From an uncultured Actinomycetes bacterium (GTDB lineage Bacteria > Actinomycetota > UBA4738 > HRBIN12): 64,000 bases of DNA. Shown piece after piece: positions 25,167 to 35,100 of this stretch (its first letter is position 1; every line of letters begins with the position of its first letter). Made by a program: the position numbers and the translations under genes. Where the stretch lies: assembly GCA_963704725.1 (NCBI GenBank), contig OY969934.1, positions 416,001 through 480,000 on the forward strand, in the 5' to 3' direction. The notes under the pieces are model-generated. The model was not told the origin of the DNA and searched no databases. It saw only the letters and a program-made list of their open reading frames with translations.

Positions 25167-26573
25167 ATGTCTCGACCCGCAACGATCCGGGAGCTCCGGG
25201 CCTCCGGCTACCCCGACCGCACGGTCAAGGAGGAGCTCCGGGCCAACCTGCTCGACCGGCTGGGGCGCGGCGAGCCGCTCTTCCCGGCGATCGTCGGGTT
25301 CGACGACTCGGTGCTGCCGACGCTCGAGCGCGGGATCCTCGCCGGGCACGACCTGATCATGCTCGGCGAGCGGGGCCAGGCGAAGACCCGGCTGATCCGC
25401 CGGATCGTGGACCTGCTCGACGAGGAGACGCCGGCGATCGCCGGCTGCGAGGTGAGCGACCATCCGTTCCGGCCGATCTGCGCCCGGTGCCGGGCGCTGG
25501 TGCAGGACGACGCCGACGCCGTCCCCATCCGATGGGTGGCGCGCGAGGACCGGTACGCCGAGAAGCTGGCCACGCCGGACACGAGCGTGGCCGATCTGAT
25601 CGGCGACGTCGACCCGATCCGCGTGGCCGAGGGCCGGTACCTCGGCGACGAGCTCACCATCCACTACGGTCTGATCCCCCGGACCAACCGCGGCATCGTC
25701 GCGGTGAACGAGCTCCCCGACCTTCCCGAGCGGATCCAGGTCGCGCTGTTCAACATCCTCGAGGAGCGCGACGTCCAGATCCGCGGGTACCGGATCCGGC
25801 TGCCGCTCGACCTGCTGCTGGTCGCGACGGCCAACCCCGACGACTACACGCATCGAGGTCGCATCGTGAGCCCCCTGAAGGACCGCTTCGGCACACAGGT
25901 CCGGACGCACTATCCGCAGACCCTGGCCGACGAGATCCGGATCATGGAGCAGGAGGCACGCCCGCCCGCGGGCGACGTCCCGCTGCGAGTGCCGCTGTAC
26001 ATGAAGGAGGTGCTCGCGGCGCTCACGGCCGAGCTCCGGCGCTCCCCGCACGTGAACCACCGCAGCGGCGTGAGCGTTCGCTACTCGATCGGGAACCTCG
26101 AGACGCTCGCCGCGGCGGCGGTGCGGCGCGCGGCGCGGACGGCCGAGCCCGAGGCCGTGCCGCGCGTGTGCGATCTGCCCGCGGTGCTCGACGCGAGCCT
26201 CGGCCGGATCGAGTTCGACACGATCGAGGAGGGCCGGGAGGAGGAGATCCTGTCGCGCGCGCTCAAGACCGCCGAGCTCGAGATCTTCCGCCGCCGTCTC
26301 TCGGGCTTCGACTTCCAGCCGATCCTGACCAAGTTCGAGCAGGGGTTCGCGGCGGAGACCTCCGACCTCACGCCTGCCGATGCCATGCTCGCCCAGTTCG
26401 GCGAGCTCCCGGGCCTGTCGCGGCTCCTGGAGCGGCTGGGCGTCGAGGAGGAGAGCCCGGGCGTGGCGGCATCCGCGCTCGAGTTCGCGCTCGACGGGCT
26501 GCACCTGTCGCGGCGCCTCAACAAGGACGGCACCGGCCGCATCGGCGGGTACCGCTACCTCTCGCCCGGATAG
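25167..26573 (+). CDS. ChlI/MoxR-like AAA+ ATPase (magnesium-chelatase-like)
   Basis: MSRPATIRELRASGY, GERGQAKT, PRTNRGIVAVNELPDL, ATANPDDYTHRGRI. Confidence 0.85.
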   Translation: MSRPATIRELRASGYPDRTVKEELRANLLDRLGRGEPLFPAIVGFDDSVLPTLERGILAGHDLIMLGERGQAKTRLIRRIVDLLDEETPAIAGCEVSDHPFRPICARCRALVQDDADAVPIRWVAREDRYAEKLATPDTSVADLIGDVDPIRVAEGRYLGDELTIHYGLIPRTNRGIVAVNELPDLPERIQVALFNILEERDVQIRGYRIRLPLDLLLVATANPDDYTHRGRIVSPLKDRFGTQVRTHYPQTLADEIRIMEQEARPPAGDVPLRVPLYMKEVLAALTAELRRSPHVNHRSGVSVRYSIGNLETLAAAAVRRAARTAEPEAVPRVCDLPAVLDASLGRIEFDTIEEGREEEILSRALKTAELEIFRRRLSGFDFQPILTKFEQGFAAETSDLTPADAMLAQFGELPGLSRLLERLGVEEESPGVAASALEFALDGLHLSRRLNKDGTGRIGGYRYLSPG

Positions 26574-26620
26574 CCGGGCGCAACGGTTCGAGCCCCGCGA
26601 ACCCGTAGGATGCCGCCGCC

Positions 26621-26992
26621 GTGACCGAGCTCCACCACTACGTCGGCTATTCCGTGGTCGGGGTCTTCTCGATCGGATGGCTGTTCGGCCTGGTGCTGTG
26701 GCTCTCCAAGCGCGGGGCCGGGGATTGGTTCTGGCGCTGGCTGGTCGCGGCGCAGGTCATCGCGATCGGGCAGGCCCTGGTGGGCGTCGTGCTGCTGCTC
26801 CTCGGCGAGCGCCCGCCGACCGCGCTGCACTACGTCTACGGGTTCGGGCCGATCGTGATCCTCGCCATCGCCCACGGGCTCGCCCGGGACGCGAACTTCC
26901 GCCGGAACCCCTGGGTGCCGTTCGCGATGGCGTCGTTCATCTGCTTCGGCCTCACGCTCCGGGCATTGATGACCGGCCTCGGCACCGGCTGA
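26621..26992 (+). CDS. Small four-TM membrane protein
   Basis: Four hydrophobic helices, LHYVYG motif, GC3-rich codons. Confidence 0.7.
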   Translation: MTELHHYVGYSVVGVFSIGWLFGLVLWLSKRGAGDWFWRWLVAAQVIAIGQALVGVVLLLLGERPPTALHYVYGFGPIVILAIAHGLARDANFRRNPWVPFAMASFICFGLTLRALMTGLGTG

Positions 26993-27028
26993 GCTCGCGA
27001 CGGCCGCGGCGAGGGCTACCCTCTCGGG

Positions 27029-27511
27029 ATGGACGAGGACGCCGAGATCCTCGGGCGGGTCCTGCTCAGGCTCGACCCGTGGGCGTTCTGGACCGTCGAG
27101 CTCGAGCCGGGAGCGGGTGCGTCCTTCGCGGTGCTTGGCGTGACCGGGTCATTCGTCGTCGCAGCCTGCCCCCTCGAGGGCTATCTCGTATCCGAGGGAC
27201 GGAAGCTGCTCGTCGACGGCCGGGCGGTGGGCGGCATCCGGGAGGTGAAGCGCGCCGCGAGAAGGCTGAAGGGCAAGCTGCTCGGGTCGGGCGCGGGAAC
27301 GGCCGAGGTCACGCCACTCATCGTGCTCACGCGTGCCGTCGCGGGAGCGCCGAAGGAACGCGGGGGCGTTCGGGTCCTTCGCCCCGAGGACGTGGTGCCC
27401 ACGATCACGTCGCGAGAGCGAGTCATCGACCCGAGCACGGCCGAGCGCCTGGCGCGCCGGCTCGGGCGAGTGCTCGTCGGCCCCGTGTGGCGCCCCGCCG
27501 AGGACGAGTAG
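27029..27511 (+). CDS. Hypothetical protein (possibly degenerate NERD-like)
   Basis: Fills the gap in the operon; TACCCT 6 nt before ATG. Confidence 0.55.
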   Translation: MDEDAEILGRVLLRLDPWAFWTVELEPGAGASFAVLGVTGSFVVAACPLEGYLVSEGRKLLVDGRAVGGIREVKRAARRLKGKLLGSGAGTAEVTPLIVLTRAVAGAPKERGGVRVLRPEDVVPTITSRERVIDPSTAERLARRLGRVLVGPVWRPAEDE

Positions 27512-27547
27512 CCGGCCTTCCGCCGGGTCCGGCGTAGGCTGGTCGCC

Positions 27548-29476
27548 GTGCGGTTCCGGTACTCGCGATGGGACGACTCCCAGGACCCGTTCGGCCCGGA
27601 CGTGCCGGCCGCGGAGGTCCTCGAGGAGCTCTCGGACGACATCTTGTCGGGCGGTGGGGCCGAGGGCGCGCTCTCGCGGCTGATGCGTCGGGGCATGCAG
27701 GGGCGGTTCAACGGCCTCGACGCGCTCCGGGCGCGCCTGGGCGAGCGGCGGGCTCGCGAGCAGGCCGAGCTCAACCTGCAGGGCCCGCTCGAGGAGATCC
27801 GCGAGGCGCTGGAGGAGGTCGTCGAGAAGGAGCGGACGACCCTGTCGTTCGAGCCCGACGAGGACGCGAGGATGCGGGAGGCGCTGCTCGACACGCTCCC
27901 CCCCGACGTCCCCGGTCAGATCAACGAGCTCACCGGGTATCGGTTCCGCGACTCGGACGCCCAGCAGATGTTCGACGAGCTGGTGGAGCGGCTCCGCGAG
28001 CAGGTGATGGGCGCGTACTTCCGCACCATGGCCCAGGGCATGCAAGGCCTCTCCGCCGAGCAGCTCCAGCGCTTCCGCGACATGCTCGCCGAGCTGAACG
28101 ACATGATCGAGCGGCGTGAGCGCGGCGAGCCCTACGACTTCGACGGGTTCATGGAGCGCTTCGGCGGCCTCTTCCCGGAGAACCCCCGGACGCTCGACGA
28201 GCTGCTCGAGCAGATGGCCAGGCGCATGGCGGCGATGTCGCGACTGCTCGCGTCGATGTCGCCGGAGCAGCGGGCCGAGCTCCAGGCGCTCGCCGAGCAG
28301 GTGATGCAGGACATGGACCTGGCGTTCGAGGTCGACCGGCTCGGAGCCAACCTCGCCTCGGCGTTCCCCGAGATGCCGTGGAACGAGCCCACCCTCGCGG
28401 CCGGGGACGAGGCGATGCCGCTGTCGGCCACGGTCGACGCGATGGAGCGGCTCCACGACTACGAGGACCTCGACCGGTCGCTCCGCGGCGAGTACGCGGG
28501 GGCCTCGGTCGACGACGTGGACGAGGAGGCGCTCCGCCGAACGCTCGGCGAGGAGTCGGTGCGCGACCTCCGTCGGCTGAAGCAGATCGAGCGCGCGTTG
28601 GAGGAGGCCGGGCTCGTGTCGCGGCGGGAGGGGCGGCTTGAGGTGACCCCGAAGGGCGCGCGCAAGCTCGGGGAGCGGGCGCTCGTCCGCGTGTTCGAGC
28701 AGCTCCGCCGGGACCGCGAGGGGACGCACGAGACGCACGACGTCGGCGGCCTGGCCGAGCCCACCGGCGCCACCCGCCCCTGGCACTTCGGCGACTCGGG
28801 ACAGATCGCGGTGCAGCGTACGGTCTTCAACGCGGTGCTCCGCGGCGGGCCCGGGGAGCCCGTCCGGCTCGTGCCAGACGACTTCGAGCTCGTCGAGGCC
28901 GAACAGCGCACCGAGGCCGCCACGGCACTGCTCCTGGACCTGTCGTTCTCGATGCCGCTGCGCGGGCACTTCGTCCACGCCAAGAAGATGGCGCTCGCGC
29001 TCCACGCGCTCATCGAGGGGCGGTATCCCCACGACAAGCTCTACATGATCGGGTTCAGCGACTACGCCCGGCTGATGCAGCCCCAGGACCTCACGGCCGC
29101 CGGGTGGGAGCGCGTCTACGGCACGAACATGCAGCACGCCTTCAACCTTGCGGGCCGGCTGCTGTCGCAGCATCCGAGGGCGACGCGCCAGGTCATCATG
29201 GTGACCGACGGTGAGCCCACGGCGCATCTCGAGGGCGAGGAGGCCTTCTTCTCGTGGCCGCCGGTCCCGAAGACGATCCGTCTCACGCTCGCCGAGGCCA
29301 TGCGCCTGGCCAAATCCGGCGTGACCCTGAACGTGTTCATGCTCGAGGACTCGCCCGGCCTCATCCGGTTCATGGAACGCCTGGCCGAGCTCACCGCGGG
29401 CCGGATCTTCTTGATGGACGACCGCCAGATCGGCGAGTTCATCGTGCGCGACTACGTCGCCCGCCGCGAGCGGTAG
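27548..29476 (+). CDS. VWA-domain protein (partner of the ChlI-like ATPase)
   Basis: MRFRYSRWD N-terminus, MIDAS DLSFSM, GTNMQH, VTDGEPTAH. Confidence 0.85.
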   Translation: MRFRYSRWDDSQDPFGPDVPAAEVLEELSDDILSGGGAEGALSRLMRRGMQGRFNGLDALRARLGERRAREQAELNLQGPLEEIREALEEVVEKERTTLSFEPDEDARMREALLDTLPPDVPGQINELTGYRFRDSDAQQMFDELVERLREQVMGAYFRTMAQGMQGLSAEQLQRFRDMLAELNDMIERRERGEPYDFDGFMERFGGLFPENPRTLDELLEQMARRMAAMSRLLASMSPEQRAELQALAEQVMQDMDLAFEVDRLGANLASAFPEMPWNEPTLAAGDEAMPLSATVDAMERLHDYEDLDRSLRGEYAGASVDDVDEEALRRTLGEESVRDLRRLKQIERALEEAGLVSRREGRLEVTPKGARKLGERALVRVFEQLRRDREGTHETHDVGGLAEPTGATRPWHFGDSGQIAVQRTVFNAVLRGGPGEPVRLVPDDFELVEAEQRTEAATALLLDLSFSMPLRGHFVHAKKMALALHALIEGRYPHDKLYMIGFSDYARLMQPQDLTAAGWERVYGTNMQHAFNLAGRLLSQHPRATRQVIMVTDGEPTAHLEGEEAFFSWPPVPKTIRLTLAEAMRLAKSGVTLNVFMLEDSPGLIRFMERLAELTAGRIFLMDDRQIGEFIVRDYVARRER

Positions 29477-29542
29477 GCCGCTGTGGGAGGATCGCCCTTC
29501 GAAGGAGGGTACGCTCGCGCAGGCGAACGACCCCTGCTCGAT

Positions 29543-29923
29543 CTACGCCTCGCGCAGCTTCCAGAAGCTGTCCTTGCGGACGATCTTGCCGTCATCTCCG
29601 ATCGTCCAGAGGTCGCACCCTCGAACTTCGATCCGATTCCCGCCGAGGTCGGTGCCAGTAATGGTCCACTCGGAGACGCCGCGGGGGCCGCACGCGAAGT
29701 GATCGGCTTCGCCGTAGTGGACGTCGGGAATGCCCTCGAAGCGGGCTAGGAGTCCACTGCGGACCTCCGCCTTCCCAACGAACCGACGCCCCCAGGGGTC
29801 GGGGCCTCGGGGAGAATCGAACACGCAATTGTCGGCGAAGTTCGTCATGATCGCATCGACGTCGTGCTTGTTGAACTCATCCAGGACTCGGTGAAGCATC
29901 TGGATGGTGCGCTCGGTTGACAC
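29543..29923 (-). CDS. SnoaL/NTF2-like protein
   Basis: FNKHDVDAIM, FEGIPDVHY, VRGCDLW..DGKIVRKDSFWK; SD AGGAGG before GTG 29923. Confidence 0.85.
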   Translation of the reverse strand: MSTERTIQMLHRVLDEFNKHDVDAIMTNFADNCVFDSPRGPDPWGRRFVGKAEVRSGLLARFEGIPDVHYGEADHFACGPRGVSEWTITGTDLGGNRIEVRGCDLWTIGDDGKIVRKDSFWKLREA

Positions 29924-30112
29924 GACTGACCTCCTCACAGGGCGGCTCAACTCGGTGGACGATCGTTATCCCAAGTCGTGGCGAGACTCAAGCGCAATCC
30001 CGGCTCCGGGACCACGAGCCAATCGTGGCACAACCATGGACGTGATCCATGCTTCTGGGCGGCGGAACGACGGCGCCCGATGAGCGTCTTCGAGCTGAGC
30101 TAGATTCCCTCT

Positions 30113-30210
30113 GTGCATGACGACGGACTTTTCGACGAGCATGCCGCGGCGAGGTACGACGAGTCGTCTGCGGGGATGTTCGAAGCGTCGGTCGTCGACC
30201 CGGCGGTCTT
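30113..30210 (+). pseudogene. N-terminal remnant of a class I SAM methyltransferase
   Basis: HDDGLFDEHAAARYDESSAGMFEASVVDPAV resembles a common actinobacterial methyltransferase N-terminus; the resemblance then stops. Confidence 0.4.
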
Positions 30211-30274
30211 GCGGCATCCGTTTCGACCGGTCCACGTGGTCGGAGCGGCGCCTCAGGGCGGTACGATCGGGTTC

Positions 30275-30720
30275 GTGGCAGATCGACCCGGGCCCGACGA
30301 CCGAACAGCGCTCAACGTCGTCGACGAGAGCCGGGACTACGTGCTCGCGCTCAGGGACGACGGTTGGGGGGTGTGGGGGAAACGCGAGCCCTCCGCCAAG
30401 CCGCTGGTGCTCTTCTCACCGGACGACGAGGGATTCGATCTCGGGGCCGACTCTTCAAGCGGGCGAAGCGATCGGCGCGACGGATCCCCTGGTTCGACGT
30501 CCTCAAGTGGTCCGCAGTCGTCTCGGGCTGCGTGTAGATCCTCGCCACGATCCTCCTGCATCTGCGTCAGTACATCCTGGAGAACCCGTTCGGGGGCTTC
30601 GACGGCAGCCAGCTGCTCTATCGGTGGAGCGCGGCCCTGAGCCAGATCGCTTCTCCAGTCTTCCTCGTCTCCGTCGGCATGTACCTGCTCCTGTGGATCG
30701 GTGAACGCCGAACCACATAG
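30275..30720 (+). pseudogene. Disrupted membrane protein gene
   Basis: GTG 30275 (TACGAT upstream); frameshift near 30450 into LFKRAKRS...; in-frame TAG at 30535; continues into a TM segment to TAG 30720. Confidence 0.45.
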
Positions 30721-30769
30721 AAAGGCAGCTCGCGTTCCTCTGAAAGAACCACGTTCTCGCGGCCGACGT

Positions 30770-31147
30770 TCAGGCGCCGGCCGGGAGCGGCTTGAGCACG
30801 CAGAACTCGTTGCCCTCGGGGTCGGCCATGACGACCCAGCTCACGTCGGCGGGCTGACCGATGTCGACCCGGGTGGCTCCGAGCTCGGTCAGCCTGCGGA
30901 CCTGCGCGTCCTGGTCCGCCGGCCGGAGATCGAAGTGGAGTCGGTTCTTCGCGATCTTCCGGTCGGGGACCTTCACGAACAGGATGTCGGGCGCCACGTC
31001 GACGGCGGGGCTCCCCTCGGGAGGCTCGATGACCCACTCCGACTCGCTCTCGTATGTGATCCGCCAGCCGAGCGCCTGCGACCAGAAGCGCGCGAGGCGC
31101 TCGCAATCGTCGGCGTCGACCACGACGCACTGGATCCGGATGTCCAC
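30770..31147 (-). CDS. VOC/glyoxalase-like family protein
   Basis: LARFWSQALGW, KNRLHFDL, WVVMADPEGNEFC. Confidence 0.9.
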   Translation of the reverse strand: MDIRIQCVVVDADDCERLARFWSQALGWRITYESESEWVIEPPEGSPAVDVAPDILFVKVPDRKIAKNRLHFDLRPADQDAQVRRLTELGATRVDIGQPADVSWVVMADPEGNEFCVLKPLPAGA

Positions 31148-31175
31148 CGGGCGACGGTACCAAGGGCTCGCCGGC

Positions 31176-31997
31176 TCAGGCCGAGCCCGGCCACCGCATC
31201 GTGACGATGCGCTGGCTCGTCGGCCCGGCGGACCATAGGCCTCGGCGCTCCGCCAGGCGGTCGCCGAGGGCCTGCGCGATCTCCTCGTCCCGGTCGGGCG
31301 GCAGGCACAGCCGGCGACGGACCAGGGCGATCGCGTCCCTGCGGCTCTCGAAGCCGCCCGAGCGGGGCTCGGCGTCACGGTCCTCGCGCTCGACGGCCAG
31401 GCCGATCTCGCGAAGCGCGGTCTCCGCGTCGTCGGCGGTGGGGCCCGTGGGCCGTTCGAGCTCGTGGAACTCCCGCCACAGGTCGGCCATCCACGCGAGG
31501 GGATGCGATGCCGTGATCTCGACGACGACCCGGCTCCCGGCGTGGTCGGTCAACGCCATCGCGAACGGTTCCAGCGCCTGCACGTTGTAGAGCACGTGGC
31601 CACAGACGACGACGTCGGCGGGCGGCACTCCGGGCGCGACGTCGGGCCAGGTCCCGGCCACGGCGACGCCGTCGATGCCCGCGTTCGCCGCCGCGGTCCG
31701 GAACGACGCGAGCATGCCGTCCGATCCGTCCACACCCGTGATGCGTGAGGCTCGCGTCGCCAGCGGGAGCGACGTGGCACCGCCGCCGGCGCCGACGTCG
31801 AGCACCGTGCCACCCTTCGGCAGGGCCTCGAGGGCGCGCTCGACGAGGACCGAGGGTCCACGCTCGATCGCTGCCTCGGCGCGGCGCCGGAAGAGCTCGG
31901 GCGGAAGGCCCCACGGCGACTCGGGGGCGGCCGCGAGGATCTCGTCGGGGATCGCCCACGCCTCGAGCGCCTCGCGCCACCGATCCGTCGCGGTCAC
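31176..31997 (-). CDS. Class I SAM-dependent methyltransferase
   Basis: VLDVGAGGGA, ADVVVCGHVLYNV; GTG 31997 overlaps the upstream stop. Confidence 0.8.
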   Translation of the reverse strand: MTATDRWREALEAWAIPDEILAAAPESPWGLPPELFRRRAEAAIERGPSVLVERALEALPKGGTVLDVGAGGGATSLPLATRASRITGVDGSDGMLASFRTAAANAGIDGVAVAGTWPDVAPGVPPADVVVCGHVLYNVQALEPFAMALTDHAGSRVVVEITASHPLAWMADLWREFHELERPTGPTADDAETALREIGLAVEREDRDAEPRSGGFESRRDAIALVRRRLCLPPDRDEEIAQALGDRLAERRGLWSAGPTSQRIVTMRWPGSA

Positions 31998-33154
31998 GGG
32001 TCGAGCCCCGAGAGGATCTCGGCCGTGTGCTCGCCGAGCCGCGGCGGGGGCAGCCGGGCGGGCAGTCGCTCGCCGTCGATGCGGATCGGATCGGCCACCA
32101 GGCGCAGCGGTCCGCGCTCTGGATCCTCGACCTCCTGCACGGCGGCCGCACCTTCCGGTGACGCGAACACCTCGTCGATCGTCCGCACCGGCGAGCACGG
32201 CACGGCGGCGTCCTCGAGCGCCGAGAGCCACTCGCCGGCCGGTCGCTCGGCGAACGCTTCCTCCAGGAGCGGGACGAGCGCGTCGCGGTGGCGAACGCGA
32301 GCCTCGTTCGTCGCGAACCGCTCGTCCCGCGCCAGCGCCGGCCGGCCGATGACCTCGCAGGTGCGGGCGAAGTGGCGGTCGTTCCCGGCGGCGAGGATGA
32401 ACGGACGGTCGGCGGCCCGGAACAGCTGGTAGGGCACGATGTTCGGGTGGGCGTTGCCCATCCGCCCCGGGACGAGCCCGCCCAGCAGGTGGTTCGCGCC
32501 CTGGTTCACGAGCGCCGCCACGGCCGTCTCGAACAGCGAGACCGTCACACGCCGTCCCCGGCCGGTCTCGCGCCGTCCCACGAGCGCCGCCTGGATCGCG
32601 TTCGCCGCGTACAGCCCGCAGATCACGTCGAGCAGCGCGACGCCGACCTTCGTCGGCTCGCCGTCCGGTTGGCCCGTGATGCTCATCAGGCCCGAGAGCG
32701 CCTGGGCGATGATGTCGTAGCCGGGGCGGGCAGCAGTCTCCCCCTCGTCGCCGAACGCCCGCAGCGAGCACGTGACGAGCCCGGGGCGCTCCGCCGAGAG
32801 CGAGGTGTGGTCGAGCCCGAACCGCTCCATGAGCCCCGGGCGGAAGTTCTCCACCACCACGTCGCTGGCGAGCGCGAGCCGTCGTGCGTCCCGGCGGCCC
32901 TCCTCGGTCGAGAGGTCGATCACGACGGACCGCTTGTTCCGGTTGAGCGCCAGGTAGTAGGCGGCGTCCGTTCCGACGAACGGCGGTCCCCACCCGCGCG
33001 TGTCGTCCCCGGTCTCCGGGCGTTCCACCTTCACCACGTCGGCACCGAGGTCCCCGAGCAGCATCGTGGCGAGCGGGCCGGCGAGGACCCGGGAGAAGTC
33101 GGCGACCCGGATCCCGGACAGGGGAAGCCCCTGGGGATCGGTGGCGTCGGGCAC
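31994..33154 (-). CDS. CaiB/BaiF family III CoA-transferase
   Basis: ADFSRVLAGP, GADVVKVE, NRNKRS, ENFRPG, PGYD, PPPRLGEHT. Confidence 0.92.
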   Translation of the reverse strand: MPDATDPQGLPLSGIRVADFSRVLAGPLATMLLGDLGADVVKVERPETGDDTRGWGPPFVGTDAAYYLALNRNKRSVVIDLSTEEGRRDARRLALASDVVVENFRPGLMERFGLDHTSLSAERPGLVTCSLRAFGDEGETAARPGYDIIAQALSGLMSITGQPDGEPTKVGVALLDVICGLYAANAIQAALVGRRETGRGRRVTVSLFETAVAALVNQGANHLLGGLVPGRMGNAHPNIVPYQLFRAADRPFILAAGNDRHFARTCEVIGRPALARDERFATNEARVRHRDALVPLLEEAFAERPAGEWLSALEDAAVPCSPVRTIDEVFASPEGAAAVQEVEDPERGPLRLVADPIRIDGERLPARLPPPRLGEHTAEILSGLDP

Positions 33155-33363
33155 GGACCAACTCCTCGGAATGGTCGCGAAAAGCGGCACCGCCGGAACC
33201 CGAGGGTCCCAGCGGCGCCAACGACATCCAACACCACCGCCGCCGCTGCGGTCAAATCCGGGTCGACGGTTTTGTCACTCTTTCTCCTATCAGGCACGCG
33301 GTTGAGCTTCCGCGCATCGGGAGGGAGTGGCACGACCCGCTCGGTTGTCGCACCATTACGGCT

Positions 33364-34002
33364 GTGAATCAGGAGAGCCTCGACCGGGCGAACGCGTTCC
33401 TTGCCGCCGTCGCCGCCCGAGCCGCTGCCGGGGACCTTGTTGATCTCTCACCGGCGGAGTTGGGGCGGGAGATCGGCGTGGAGGAACCGCTTGCCGCGGC
33501 GCGCGCCATCCGCGCGCTGCTCGCCCGCCGGCGACTTGAGGCGGTCGACGGCCGGTACCGCCTCCTGGACTCGCGGCCGATCGAGGCGGGTGAGCGGGAG
33601 CAGATCCCCAGGCCGAGACGGGCGAAGGCCTCCGCCAAGAGCGGCAGGCCCGCCGACGCCGAACCGGCGGCGGGCCGTCGCACCAGCTACTCGGACATCG
33701 GACGCGAGGCCGTCGAGCGTCTCGTCGAGCTGGGGCGGGAGGTCGGGTCCCTCCGCGGCGCGCTCCGAACCGCCCGAGAGGAGGCGCGCGAGGCTCAGTC
33801 CGCCCGCGACGACGCGGAGCGTCGTGCCGGGGCCCTGTCCGCTCGGACCAAGGAGCTCGAGGCCCGCGCCGAGATGGCGGAGTCGAACCTCCGCACGCTG
33901 TTGGCCGCCGCGAAGGGGGCGGGCCGGGATACCCCCGTGGGCGACACCGAGATGGAGGCGATCCTCGGCGTCCTCAAGGGCGGGGGCAACGGGCCCGAGT
34001 AA
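33364..34002 (+). CDS. Hypothetical protein with wHTH-like N-terminus and coiled coil
   Basis: LSPAELGREIG...ARAIRALL...LEAVDGRYRL followed by a heptad-rich segment. Confidence 0.6.
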   Translation: MNQESLDRANAFLAAVAARAAAGDLVDLSPAELGREIGVEEPLAAARAIRALLARRRLEAVDGRYRLLDSRPIEAGEREQIPRPRRAKASAKSGRPADAEPAAGRRTSYSDIGREAVERLVELGREVGSLRGALRTAREEAREAQSARDDAERRAGALSARTKELEARAEMAESNLRTLLAAAKGAGRDTPVGDTEMEAILGVLKGGGNGPE

Positions 34003-34005
34003 CGC

Positions 34006-35100
34006 TCACCGCGCCCCGGGCAGCGCGGACCCCGTCTCGCCGAAGCCGTCCCTTCGTCCGATGTTGGCGAGGTGGCACGCCGCGAAGTGGCCGCGGTGGA
34101 ACTCGTCGAGGCCGAGGTCCCGGCTGCGGCATGCGTCCTCGACCCCGGCGCGTTCGGCGGCTCCCGAGGCCAGCGCCGGACATCGCGGATGGAACCGGCA
34201 GCCCTGCGGGATCCGCGTCGGGTCGGGGGGTTCACCCACCAGGATCGGCCGCTCGATCCCTTCGGCCTCCGGAACGACGTCCAGCAGCGCCTTCGTGTAC
34301 GGGTGCAGCGGGCGCGTGAGGACGTTCTCGGCGGGGCCGATCTCGACGATCCGACCGAGGTACATGACCGCCACGCGGTCGGCCACGGTCCAGGCCAGCC
34401 CGAGATCGTGGGTCACGATGATGATCGAGATCTGGTCCTCCTCGCGCAGCTTCATCAGGAGTCGGAGGATCTCGCCCCGCACCGAGGCGTCGAGGTTGGA
34501 CACCGGTTCGTCCGCCACGATGACCTCGGGCTCGAGCACCAGAGCGCCCGCGATGACCACGCGCTGGCGCTGCCCGCCCGAGAGCTCGTGCGGGTAGAGA
34601 AGGTAGAAACGCTCGGGCGGCCGCATCCCGGCGCGCGAGAGCGCCTTCGCCACGAGCTCCTCCTCGGACTCCCCGTTCTCGCCGCGGGTGATCCGGTGGA
34701 TGCGGAGGGCCTCGGCGACGATCTCGTAGACGGTCTGGCGCGGGTTGAGGGAGCCCATCGGATCCTGGAAGACCATCTGCACGCGACGGCGGAACCGGCG
34801 CAGGTGCTTGACCGGCTCGCCCTCGAACAGGATCTGGCCCTGCTGCGGCTTGATCAGGCCCATGATCGCTCGCGCCGTCGTGGTCTTGCCGCACCCCGAC
34901 TCGCCGGCCAGCGCAAGGACCTCACCGCGCCCGAGCTCGAAGCTCACCCCGTCGACCGCCCGGGCGTCGTCGCCCTTGCGGCCCATGACGCCGGCGATCA
35001 GGCCGACGTGCCCATGGAACGTCACGCCGAGGTCGCGCACCTCCAGGACCGTGTCCCCGAAGGTGCGCTCCCCGGGCTCCGCGCGCTCTTCGATGCTCAT
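34006..35100 (-). CDS. Oligopeptide/dipeptide ABC transporter ATPase (OppF/DppF-like)
   Basis: GESGCGKTT, LSGGQRQR, ADEP, HPYT, GCRFHPRC. Confidence 0.92.
   Translation of the reverse strand: MSIEERAEPGERTFGDTVLEVRDLGVTFHGHVGLIAGVMGRKGDDARAVDGVSFELGRGEVLALAGESGCGKTTTARAIMGLIKPQQGQILFEGEPVKHLRRFRRRVQMVFQDPMGSLNPRQTVYEIVAEALRIHRITRGENGESEEELVAKALSRAGMRPPERFYLLYPHELSGGQRQRVVIAGALVLEPEVIVADEPVSNLDASVRGEILRLLMKLREEDQISIIIVTHDLGLAWTVADRVAVMYLGRIVEIGPAENVLTRPLHPYTKALLDVVPEAEGIERPILVGEPPDPTRIPQGCRFHPRCPALASGAAERAGVEDACRSRDLGLDEFHRGHFAACHLANIGRRDGFGETGSALPGAR

Noticed and set aside
22455-26573. 1372-aa plus-strand ORF and 1122-aa minus-strand ORF (23136-26504) as giant fusion proteins
   Set aside because: High-GC open frames; the real genes start at 25167 (+) and 25067 (-), and the extensions are antisense shadows.
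25167-26573. Magnesium chelatase implying (bacterio)chlorophyll synthesis
   Set aside because: No tetrapyrrole genes nearby; the VWA partner indicates a generic AAA+/VWA module.
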